Source: Chlorobiota bacterium (GTDB lineage Bacteria; Bacteroidota; Ignavibacteria; Kapaibacteriales; UBA2268). From it: DNA of 64,000 bases. The DNA is taken from positions 17,626-81,625 of the forward strand of contig JBFHIJ010000007.1 of NCBI GenBank assembly GCA_041596515.1, read 5' to 3'. Under the pieces are notes generated by a model, which saw only the letters and a list, made by a program, of their open reading frames with translations, did not search any database and was not told where the DNA came from. Below, one piece after another: positions 1-8,168 of this stretch. Position 1 is the first letter of the stretch. Every line of letters starts with the position of its first letter. Both the position numbers and the translations under genes were made by a program.

Positions 1-90
1 CGTAGCGTAATGGACAATATCAAGTACCAGCCTTCTCAGCCTACAGAAAGAAAAAATATATTAAAGCTTACAAAATTCCTCCCAAATTCT

Positions 91-98
91 TAACTTTG
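91..98 (+). promoter_or_regulatory. candidate Bacteroidetes-type -7 box (TAACTTTG) upstream of ccmC
   Basis: Matches TAnnTTTG about 60 nt upstream of the ccmC ATG. No clear TTTG -33 partner. The motif is short and the DNA is AT-rich, so a chance match is plausible. Confidence 0.25.
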
Positions 99-157
99 CA
101 AAATAATTCTTATATTATTTCTTCACATACATCATTGTATATCTATAAGGAAAAACT

Positions 158-1153
158 ATGAAGGGTCTTGTAATCGCTTTATCAGTGACTTTGTCATTCA
201 TTTTAGGATTTGTACCTAATATCAATAAATCTAAACCTCTGTGGTGGAAACTACTTACTATTGCTAGCATTACTTTAGCTATTATTCTTACCCTGTTGCC
301 ACCAATAGCCGGCAATTTTTCAGACTTAAAATTTGTTGCCGGACTTGAACAAGGAAAACATATTAATCTATTGGTAAGTTATGCTCAAAACTCAGCAGGT
401 GAACTAATCTTTACTGATGACTTTGGCGAATCTTTCCCTATTAAGGACATAGAGGACTTCAATCTAAGTACGGGCAATAAATATGTTATCAACACTGCAT
501 TTGAAAATCAAGAATTCAAAGCAATTGAACTAATTTCTACAAATCCTTTTATGACTTATCCTTTTATACCTAGTTTAGAAGACAGGACTAAAATATTAAA
601 TTTCCACGTACCGATGGCTTGGATTGCGGTATTAGCATATTTGATATCAATGATATATGCTATCCAATATTTAAGAACTAAGGATTTGAAATATGATGTA
701 CCTCTTGCGGCGGCGGCTTCTTTAGGTACGCTGTTTGCCATATTAGCGACTGTAACAGGTATGCTCTGGGCTAAATTCAACTGGGGTAGCTTTTGGAACT
801 GGGATCCAAGGCAAACGTCAATTCTAATATTACTCCTCATTTATGCGGCATTTTTTGCTTTGAGATCTTCTATTGATGTACCCGAATCAAAAGCAAGATT
901 GAGTTCGGTATATTCCATACTTGCTTTTATTACAGTTCCTTTCTTAGTATTTATTTTGCCTCGCATGGCTACGGGGCTTCATCCTGGTTCTGCAGGCGAT
1001 ACAAATACTGGCCCTTTGGTTAGCTCTCAAAGTGGTATGTTAGATTCATCTATGCTTATTAGTTTTGGCTTAGCAATGTTTGGATTTTCGATGTTTTTCT
1101 TTTGGTTATTGAATTTACAAATAAGAATTATGAAAAATAAAGGAGAAATATAG
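158..1153 (+). CDS. ccmC: cytochrome c maturation heme exporter protein CcmC (long form with N-terminal insert)
   Basis: Polytopic membrane ORF of 331 aa. It has the tryptophan-rich heme-handling motif WGSFWNWDPRQT. His-containing loops ILNFHVP and GLHPGS sit where the CcmC heme ligands lie. A ccmD-like ORF follows directly. Confidence 0.85.
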   Translation: MKGLVIALSVTLSFILGFVPNINKSKPLWWKLLTIASITLAIILTLLPPIAGNFSDLKFVAGLEQGKHINLLVSYAQNSAGELIFTDDFGESFPIKDIEDFNLSTGNKYVINTAFENQEFKAIELISTNPFMTYPFIPSLEDRTKILNFHVPMAWIAVLAYLISMIYAIQYLRTKDLKYDVPLAAAASLGTLFAILATVTGMLWAKFNWGSFWNWDPRQTSILILLLIYAAFFALRSSIDVPESKARLSSVYSILAFITVPFLVFILPRMATGLHPGSAGDTNTGPLVSSQSGMLDSSMLISFGLAMFGFSMFFFWLLNLQIRIMKNKGEI

Positions 1154-1288
1154 ATGCTCGACTTCCTACATGATAACTCTATCTTCGTGGTACTTGGTAT
1201 CACTTTAATAATATGGACTGGCATTGTCGCTTACATGATGTCTTTAGATAAAAAGGTCAGAAAACTTGAAGACCTTAGCGAAGAGTAG
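1154..1288 (+). CDS. ccmD: CcmD-like small membrane protein (44 aa)
   Basis: Absent from the ORF track because it is under 60 aa. The ATG at 1154 abuts the ccmC stop (TAGATG). The product MLDFLHDNSIFVVLGITLIIWTGIVAYMMSLDKKVRKLEDLSEE has one TM helix plus a charged tail. Size, position and topology are those of CcmD. A terminator follows. Confidence 0.55.
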   Translation: MLDFLHDNSIFVVLGITLIIWTGIVAYMMSLDKKVRKLEDLSEE

Positions 1289-1295
1289 ACAACTA

Positions 1296-1340
1296 AAAAC
1301 CGACTAACTTACAATTCTAAAGTTAGTCGGTTTTATATAT
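1296..1340. terminator. bidirectional intrinsic terminator between ccmD and the convergent thioredoxin gene
   Basis: Perfect 15-bp stem aaaaccgactaactt / aagttagtcggtttt with a 9-nt loop. It is T-rich on the plus side and has an A-run on the other side. Confidence 0.7.
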
Positions 1341-1370
1341 TTTTTGTGAGAATGTTCTTAGTTGTGATAA

Positions 1371-2582
1371 CTATAGATTGTCTTTTAGCATTTTAGTCAA
1401 AGATTTATCCATATCTTTATCATATCCTGAGTGTTTATAAAGAAGTTTGCCATCTTTATCTATTACTAATAGTGTAGGATAACCTTGAACATTTAGTAGC
1501 TTCGCAACATTATCACCGTTTACTAAAGTAGGGTAGCTTGCTTTTTTTTCTTTCAAAAATGCTTTTGGATCCGCTCCTTCAGGCTCTTTACAGCTAATCC
1601 CATAAACATGTATTTTATCACCCATTTCTTGATACACTGCTTCTATCTTAGGCATTGCAACTACACACCAGACACACCAAGTGCCCCAAAAGTCAAGGAT
1701 AACAGGCTTACCTCGTAAACTTTCTAATGATACATGCTTGCCATCAGCATCTTTTAGATCCCAGTTAGGAACTATATCACCTTCTTTAAGTTCAACCGGT
1801 GTAATTTCTGCAGTTTTGCCAGTTTCGCCCTGTTTACTTTTTTCATATTCTGCAATATACTGGTCATAAGGTTTATAAGCTTTAGGAATTTCAAGTAAAA
1901 ACTTTGCATCTTCAATATCATCAACTGTTTCTATATTTTTTACAATCATTTCTTCTTTTTGAACTAAGTGCTCTCCATTTTGAACAGTAGATGTTACAAT
2001 TATGGGAAAACCAGATGCTTTAGATATAATTTGATTAGTATAAAAATCTAATCCAAGGTTCTCATCATAACTTTTTTTAGAAATATGATAAGCATCTTCA
2101 TTGTTAACTGTGGTGTCATTTTCCCATTTAAAATCTTTGTATGCTGTACTTGTATCAACATTTACAGCAAAATCTTCTGTGCTGGCAAAAGGTAAAAAGT
2201 TTCTCAAAGTTTCTGCATGATTGCTCAGAGATCTGCTATATTCCTGCGGATTTTCAAAGGAATAGAACCACTTGTCCTTATGATTGACCACTACGTATTT
2301 ACTGCCGTCAAAGGAAATTTGGGTGTCTCCCATATCTGAAAAGAATTTAAAGTCTTTTCCGTTGTCAGACATTTCTGCTAATAACTTTTCGTTATCTTTT
2401 TGTGCAGTAAGCTCAGAAAAACCATCTGTTGTAATTAGTTCCGCTTTAATAGCTTTTACATTTGCTCTTTTAGCAAACGCTTCTTTTACAACTTCTTTTA
2501 CATTTGCCGGTCTGTTTGAATCTTGCTCAGAGCAAGCAACAAATGCTAAAATTAACAACAAAGAAGTGGTGATTTTTTTCAT
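1371..2582 (-). CDS. thioredoxin-fold lipoprotein, TlpA/ResA-like C-terminal domain with CVWC active site and unrecognised N-terminal domain
   Basis: ORF 1371..2678 trimmed to the internal ATG at 2582. This gives MKKITTSLLLILAFVAC, a lipoprotein signal; the longer form would overlap the upstream TPR gene. The C-terminus has FWGTWCVWC and the cis-Pro loop GYPTLLVID. Confidence 0.75.
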   Translation of the reverse strand: MKKITTSLLLILAFVACSEQDSNRPANVKEVVKEAFAKRANVKAIKAELITTDGFSELTAQKDNEKLLAEMSDNGKDFKFFSDMGDTQISFDGSKYVVVNHKDKWFYSFENPQEYSRSLSNHAETLRNFLPFASTEDFAVNVDTSTAYKDFKWENDTTVNNEDAYHISKKSYDENLGLDFYTNQIISKASGFPIIVTSTVQNGEHLVQKEEMIVKNIETVDDIEDAKFLLEIPKAYKPYDQYIAEYEKSKQGETGKTAEITPVELKEGDIVPNWDLKDADGKHVSLESLRGKPVILDFWGTWCVWCVVAMPKIEAVYQEMGDKIHVYGISCKEPEGADPKAFLKEKKASYPTLVNGDNVAKLLNVQGYPTLLVIDKDGKLLYKHSGYDKDMDKSLTKMLKDNL

Positions 2583-2610
2583 AAATTTCTCGACTAGGTA
2601 TAAAAATATG

Positions 2611-3927
2611 TTATTTCTGATTTTCTCTTTTCGTAAATATTTCAGTATACTCTTTGTACTTCTCTTCATTGCCGGCAAGATGATATACTGCTGCGATATT
2701 TTTTAGAGTTTTAATTGCCATTTTTGAGTTTTTCCCCATTTTTTGCTCAAAAATGTTTAGTGCTTTTTGCATATAAGTCAATGAGTAATCATATTTATAA
2801 GTATTTGCTAAAATCGTAGCTAAGTTATTCATAATATAAGCAACTTCTACATCATCCTTTCCCAGATATGCTTGTTTAATCTGAAGCACTTTCAAATATA
2901 TTCGCTCTGCAGATGCATAGTCACCCTTTTCTTGGTACATTGCAGCTAAATTATTAAATACTGTAGCTATTTTTATATCATTCGAATCGCTTATCGATTG
3001 AAGTTTTGTAGCAGACTTGACAAAATACTCTTCAGCTTTATCATATTTTTTTTGTTGGCGGTAAAAATCACCTATATTGTTGTATAAAACAGCAATAGGT
3101 TCATATTTATCACCGTGATTCTCTTTGTAAATTTTAGCGACAGAGAGCATAATGCTTTCAAATTTATCCAAACTATCCAGTTTAACATATATATCAGCAA
3201 CTTGATGCAAATTATCAACCGTAGACTCGGAGTACTGACCATAATTTTTTACTTTTATCTCGATATTTTTTTCAATCAAAGACTTGGCAGCAATGAGAGA
3301 ATCTTGCTTCATGTAAATATTTGAAAGATATTCTATCGGCAATATAAGTGATTGATGCTCTCCACCATAAGACATACCTCTTATTCTTAAGCAGTAGAGC
3401 AACAGCATCTTTGCCTGCTCAGATTCACCAAGTTCAATATTTAACATAGAGTAATTAAAATAAGTATCTGCAAGTGATAAATCTGTCTCTCCCAAAATAG
3501 CTTTTTTAATCCCGATAGATTGCTTAAATAGTTTCTCAGCTTCTTTATACTTACCTAAACCTGTTTTAGTTTTAGCCAGATTATCTAAAGTAGTTGCAGC
3601 TTCTCTGGTAGAATCCTTTTTATTATAGCTAAATATTTTTAAAGCGGCAGAAAAATGTGTTTCTGCTTTTGATAGTTCTTCTAAATTCAAAAAAGCTACT
3701 CCAGCCATATTATGCGAACTACCTGCTCTTAAATTCATTGCTCCATATTCATTTTCAGCAAATTGAGCAGCTTTTATCGCATTATTAGACGCTTCTAAAT
3801 AATCACTTTTTTGGAGCGATTCTAAGGTTTTATTCATCGATATTTCCCAAGGGTCATCTTTAGACCACAGACTATTTGTAGCTATAATGGTCAAAAGGAG
3901 TAAAATTCTAATCAATTTATTCATCAT
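2611..3927 (-). CDS. secreted TPR-repeat protein
   Basis: 438 aa with an N-terminal signal peptide (MMNKLIRILLLLTIIATNSLWS). About 34-40 aa helical repeats with the TPR pattern (A/G/Y spacing, repeated LA..Y...G.Y..A) run throughout. Confidence 0.8.
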   Translation of the reverse strand: MMNKLIRILLLLTIIATNSLWSKDDPWEISMNKTLESLQKSDYLEASNNAIKAAQFAENEYGAMNLRAGSSHNMAGVAFLNLEELSKAETHFSAALKIFSYNKKDSTREAATTLDNLAKTKTGLGKYKEAEKLFKQSIGIKKAILGETDLSLADTYFNYSMLNIELGESEQAKMLLLYCLRIRGMSYGGEHQSLILPIEYLSNIYMKQDSLIAAKSLIEKNIEIKVKNYGQYSESTVDNLHQVADIYVKLDSLDKFESIMLSVAKIYKENHGDKYEPIAVLYNNIGDFYRQQKKYDKAEEYFVKSATKLQSISDSNDIKIATVFNNLAAMYQEKGDYASAERIYLKVLQIKQAYLGKDDVEVAYIMNNLATILANTYKYDYSLTYMQKALNIFEQKMGKNSKMAIKTLKNIAAVYHLAGNEEKYKEYTEIFTKRENQK

Positions 3928-4041
3928 TTATCCGTATGTGTGTTAAATTTACCATTGTCTCAACTATTTTGTTTGTTAATCTACAATTTTTTTTATTATA
4001 TTATAGCATATTACTCTAAAACAATATGAAAGGTTCAAAAA

Positions 4042-4437
4042 ATGAAAGCTAAATACATCATTACTGCCATAATAGCAATAGGATTTATAGCTCTTGCTTA
4101 TTCTGCGTTTGATAGCAGTAAAATCGAATATACTGATTTTAGCTATGCTAAAAAAACAGGCAATACTGTACAAGTTACCGGATCGTGGGATAAATCACAG
4201 AATTATACTTATGACACCGAAACTAATACTTTTACTTTTGTTATGCAAGATGATAACGCAAATAAATCAAAAGTAGTTTTCAATGGAGCTAAACCAAATA
4301 ATTTTGATATCGCTCCTATGGTAGTTATTAAAGGACAGTTCGAAGAAGGTATCTTCATGGCTTCAGAAATTTTAACTAAATGTCCTTCCAAGTACGAAGC
4401 AGGATTTGAAGATATCAAGAAAAACAGCAACATCTAA
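4042..4437 (+). CDS. ccmE: cytochrome c maturation heme chaperone CcmE, Cys-variant (CxxxY)
   Basis: 131 aa with an N-terminal TM anchor, then an OB-fold-like region (VQVTGSW...VVIKGQFEEGIFMASEILTKCPSKYE). It sits immediately upstream of ccmF. The heme-attachment position reads C-P-S-K-Y (Cys codon at 4381..4383) instead of H-x-x-x-Y. Confidence 0.85.
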   Translation: MKAKYIITAIIAIGFIALAYSAFDSSKIEYTDFSYAKKTGNTVQVTGSWDKSQNYTYDTETNTFTFVMQDDNANKSKVVFNGAKPNNFDIAPMVVIKGQFEEGIFMASEILTKCPSKYEAGFEDIKKNSNI

Positions 4438-4458
4438 CATTAAAGGAAAGGATTGCCT

Positions 4459-6786
4459 ATGTTTGGCTCTATACTGATACATGGTCTTTTGGGACTATCA
4501 ATTATTACAACTATTATGTATTTCCTATCATATAAAAAAGAGAACTTGGTCAAAACGGCGAGCTCTTTTTATCACATAATAACATTGGGTATGATTGCAG
4601 TTTCTGCATATTTACTCTATAACGTAATGACTCATAATTTCTCCTTTACTTACATCTGGAGATATTCTTCTACTGAGCTTCCCAAGTTCCTACTTGCAAC
4701 AACATTTTACGCAGGTCAGGAAGGTTCGTTTGTATTATGGGCACTAATGCTATCTATTATTGGTAGTATACTGATACCTTATGTCAGAAAGCATAAATAC
4801 GAAGCTCCTGTGATGAGCATATACTCTTTGATTCTTGTTTTTATCTTTTTGATAATGATAAACAAAAGTCCTTTTGAATATATCTGGGATTCGTTTCCCG
4901 GGCAAAACTTAGAAGTTGGATTTATGCCTGCTAATGGCAATGGACTAAATCCTATTTTGCAAAACTACTGGAATGTTATTCACCCTCCTATTTTATTCTT
5001 AGGTTTTTCTGCTATGTCAGTTCCTTTTGCATTTGCATTTGCAGGGTTGATTAAGCGTGATTATAATAATTGGATAAGAATTTCCATGCCATGGACTCTT
5101 TTTGCTACAGGCTTATTGTCATTAGGCATTATGCTTGGTGGTTTTTGGGCTTATGAAACTCTCGGCTGGGGTGGCTTTTGGGGATGGGATCCTGTAGAGA
5201 ACGCATCTTTAATTCCACTGCTTACTGCAATCGCCTTAGTTCATACGATGCTTGTGCAAAAAAAGACAGGTGGTTTAATAAGGACTAATTTTTTACTTGC
5301 TATCATTGGTTTCATTTTGGTAGTATATTCTACTTTCCTAACACGTAGTGGTGTCCTTGGTGACTCTTCTGTTCACTCTTTTGGAGATCCGGGCCAACTT
5401 ACTTATATATTGCTTCTTCTGTTCTTGGTATTTTTTGCTACTATTGGCTTGATTGCACTTTTAGCAAGATTTTCTGACATTAATAAGACTGCAAGTAAGT
5501 TAGATTTTCAACTTAGTTCTAAGGAATTTATGTTGTCATTAGGCTCACTTGTAATATTAGCTATTGCGGGCTTTGTATTAGTTGGTACCAGCTGGCCTAT
5601 CATCCAAGAAATATTAGGTCAAAGTAAAACCGGTGTTGTCATTTCAATATACGATCAAGGCTCATTACCTTTGACTGCTATTGGTCTGCTCGTAATGGTA
5701 TTTTCTATTTATTTGAATTGGAAAGTAACACCAAGCGAAATATTAGTCAAAAAAATGTGGATAAGTATCCTCTTAGCTGCAGTCTTTACTAATATTTTTA
5801 TAATGCTTGGCTATAATGAGTTTAAACACATTGCATTAGGTTTTGCAGCTTTCTTCGCATTATTTACTAACTTGCAATATCTAATTAAAACTGCCAAAAA
5901 GTACCCAAGATTAATTGGATCTTATTTATCGCACTTTGGTTTTGCTTTACTAATTTTAGGAGTCATAGCTAGTGGTGGTTATTCTAAATCACAACATTTG
6001 ACTTTGAAAGAAGGACAATCCAAAGACTTCAATGGATATACTTTCAAGTATATTGGTAAAAATCAGATAGAAAAAGAATTTAAAGACAGAGAAAAATTCC
6101 AATATTTAGTTGAAGTTTCTAAAGATGGCAGTACTGATGTTGCTAAACCAATTATTTATTACAGTGACTTTAACCAAAGACAACAGCCATTTTTAGAACC
6201 TGGCATTTTAGAGTCCTTTGCAAGTGATATCTATTTATCTCCTAATGTAGCCGACTACAAGTACGATATCCCTATCATATCTTTAGGCAAAGACGACGAA
6301 ATCGAGCTTCCTCTGACCGATGGTCTTTTGATGCACGTTTTAGGATTTGATATGCAATCTATGATGTCCGACAATAGTGGAACAGGTACTTTACCTTTTG
6401 GTGCTATTTTGGAATTCAAAGATAGTACACATACGTTTATTGATACAATTTATAGCAATTTAGATCCTCAATCATTTGTTGGCGAACCTAATTGGAAAAC
6501 TTTAGATAATTATGGTGCAGATATATCTTTGGTACAGTTTCTACCAAATATGCAAGAAATGGGTAAATCCAGCGTCGCTTTCATTTTGAAAGAGACCGGC
6601 AAAGAAATGCCTTCACCTGTAGAGTATTTTAGTTTTGAAGCATCTGTAAAGCCATTAATTAATCTTGTGTGGTTTGGTACTATTGCTATAGTTGCAGGAT
6701 TTTTTATCGCAATAGGCAAGTATACTAAAGGTCGTGAAACTAATTTTGAATTAAATGAGTCAAAAGGCTCTGAAGCAAAATTATAA
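4459..6786 (+). CDS. ccmF: cytochrome c heme lyase/synthetase subunit CcmF
   Basis: Large polytopic membrane protein with the W-rich motif WAYETLGWGGFWGWDPVENASLIPLL and the conserved IHPPILFLGF segment. I prefer the ATG at 4459, which is 6 nt after aagga, over the TTG at 4453 used in the track. Confidence 0.9.
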   Translation: MFGSILIHGLLGLSIITTIMYFLSYKKENLVKTASSFYHIITLGMIAVSAYLLYNVMTHNFSFTYIWRYSSTELPKFLLATTFYAGQEGSFVLWALMLSIIGSILIPYVRKHKYEAPVMSIYSLILVFIFLIMINKSPFEYIWDSFPGQNLEVGFMPANGNGLNPILQNYWNVIHPPILFLGFSAMSVPFAFAFAGLIKRDYNNWIRISMPWTLFATGLLSLGIMLGGFWAYETLGWGGFWGWDPVENASLIPLLTAIALVHTMLVQKKTGGLIRTNFLLAIIGFILVVYSTFLTRSGVLGDSSVHSFGDPGQLTYILLLLFLVFFATIGLIALLARFSDINKTASKLDFQLSSKEFMLSLGSLVILAIAGFVLVGTSWPIIQEILGQSKTGVVISIYDQGSLPLTAIGLLVMVFSIYLNWKVTPSEILVKKMWISILLAAVFTNIFIMLGYNEFKHIALGFAAFFALFTNLQYLIKTAKKYPRLIGSYLSHFGFALLILGVIASGGYSKSQHLTLKEGQSKDFNGYTFKYIGKNQIEKEFKDREKFQYLVEVSKDGSTDVAKPIIYYSDFNQRQQPFLEPGILESFASDIYLSPNVADYKYDIPIISLGKDDEIELPLTDGLLMHVLGFDMQSMMSDNSGTGTLPFGAILEFKDSTHTFIDTIYSNLDPQSFVGEPNWKTLDNYGADISLVQFLPNMQEMGKSSVAFILKETGKEMPSPVEYFSFEASVKPLINLVWFGTIAIVAGFFIAIGKYTKGRETNFELNESKGSEAKL

Positions 6787-6850
6787 AACAATATTTTAAA
6801 ATAAAAGACGTATATTGCTACAAAGCAATATATTATATTTAGGAGTTACT

Positions 6851-7462
6851 ATGTTTTTTAAAAAGATAGCGATTGTTGTATTTGCGATGTCGTTTGCATT
6901 TTCAACAGCTTGCAGCAACGGCTCGGAAAAGTCTAATACGGAAACCAAAGATGTAGCTTCTGCTACTTTAAATGCAGAAGCACCAGCAACTGCTAAGTCT
7001 GTCTTTCAAATTAAGACTTCGACAATCGGAGATCAAGTTTTACCTGATTTTACTTGGGAAGAAAATGGTATAACTATAAAATTTTCTGATTACATAAAAG
7101 ACAAAGTTGTATTTATCAACTTTTGGGGTACATGGTGCCCACCTTGTAGAGCTGAGATTCCTTATATTATTCAATTACAAAAAGAATTTAAGGATAAAGA
7201 TTTTGTCGTGGTTGGTTTTGCTTTAGAAAGAAGCCCTGACGCATCTAATGTTCAAAAGTTTTCTGATGCTAAAGGTATTAATTACATTAATTTTATGGCT
7301 TCGAGAACTGACAAAACAGCAATGGAAATTGTTGGTCACTTTGGTCAAATTAATGCAGTACCAACTACTATGATTTTCAATAAAAAAGGCGAAAAAGTAG
7401 AAACAATAGTTGGTGGTAGAGATTATAAATCATTCAAAGCTTCAATTGAAAAAGCTATGTAA
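6851..7462 (+). CDS. TlpA/ResA/CcmG-like periplasmic thiol:disulfide oxidoreductase lipoprotein
   Basis: Start set at the ATG at 6851, preceded by aggag. The lipoprotein signal is MFFKKIAIVVFAMSFAFSTAC. It has the active site FWGTWCPPCRAE and the cis-Pro loop AVPTTMIF, and lies directly downstream of ccmF. Confidence 0.8.
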   Translation: MFFKKIAIVVFAMSFAFSTACSNGSEKSNTETKDVASATLNAEAPATAKSVFQIKTSTIGDQVLPDFTWEENGITIKFSDYIKDKVVFINFWGTWCPPCRAEIPYIIQLQKEFKDKDFVVVGFALERSPDASNVQKFSDAKGINYINFMASRTDKTAMEIVGHFGQINAVPTTMIFNKKGEKVETIVGGRDYKSFKASIEKAM

Positions 7463-7489
7463 TTATAAGTTTTTCCGATATTACTTTTT

Positions 7490-7521
7490 AAAGAGGAGCT
7501 GAGTCAGCTCCTCTTTTTTTT
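7490..7521. terminator. intrinsic terminator after the ccm thioredoxin gene (shared with convergent gene)
   Basis: Stem aagaggagctg / cagctcctctt followed by T8. The stop codon of the convergent minus-strand ORF lies at its edge. Confidence 0.7.
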
Positions 7522-8029
7522 ATAAAAGACTTATTAACAAAATACTTACAACAGAAGCTACAACTGAAAAGCCGGTAACACTAGATAGCATAAGTACACT
7601 CTCGCAATAATGCAGATAAGAATGCAAACCAATAGTAGCGAGTATTTGATCATCATACTCTGATTCAATTTCACCGAACCTATTACCATCTCGCCTGCCT
7701 TTCATTGTATAATTTTTACCGGATGAGATAGACCATTTTTTACAGAATATTGTTCCTTCTATATTTAAGGTATAATTTGAATCTTTATACCATATTTCTG
7801 CTCGGCTGAGCAGCCTATTGAATCTTACATCAGCCATACTACTACCACTATCAGTACTTAATGTTAGGCTTCTGCTAAGCAAACCATCAGACTTAAAGAA
7901 ATAACTATTATACTCTGTTTCTAATATGCCTCGATAACGATTGGATAAGTGGAGCTTTATAGTAGTGTTATTACGGTTGACTATATCTACTGTTCTGGTT
8001 TTTGAATTATATTTCCAATCATATTTCAT
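7520..8029 (-). CDS. hypothetical protein with C-terminal transmembrane anchor
   Basis: 169 aa with no signal peptide. The body looks beta-rich and ends in a hydrophobic tail (VLMLSSVTGFSVVASVVSILLISLL). No family recognised. Confidence 0.5.
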   Translation of the reverse strand: MKYDWKYNSKTRTVDIVNRNNTTIKLHLSNRYRGILETEYNSYFFKSDGLLSRSLTLSTDSGSSMADVRFNRLLSRAEIWYKDSNYTLNIEGTIFCKKWSISSGKNYTMKGRRDGNRFGEIESEYDDQILATIGLHSYLHYCESVLMLSSVTGFSVVASVVSILLISLL

Positions 8030-8105
8030 ATTGTACTCCTAAAGTATTTTATATTAAATTTATCTATATTTTTTATACTTTACAAGTAATTGTTTTAAAG
8101 ATTGC

Positions 8106-8141
8106 AAAAAAAACCACAGTCTATGTCATATAGCTGTGGTC
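8106..8141 (-). terminator. intrinsic terminator downstream of 8169..8807
   Basis: The minus strand reads accacagc-loop-ctgtggt followed by T8. Confidence 0.65.
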
Positions 8142-8168
8142 TAAAAGAAATATATATAGATATAAGAA

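Noticed and set aside
1-93. Frame-1 reading frame open from the window edge to the TAA at 91..93 (…MDNIKYQPSQPTERKNILKLTKFLPNS), possibly the 3' end of an upstream gene.
   Set aside because: Only 30 codons are visible, with no recognisable motif. I cannot tell a real C-terminus from chance. It is not hydrophobic, so it is not an obvious CcmB.
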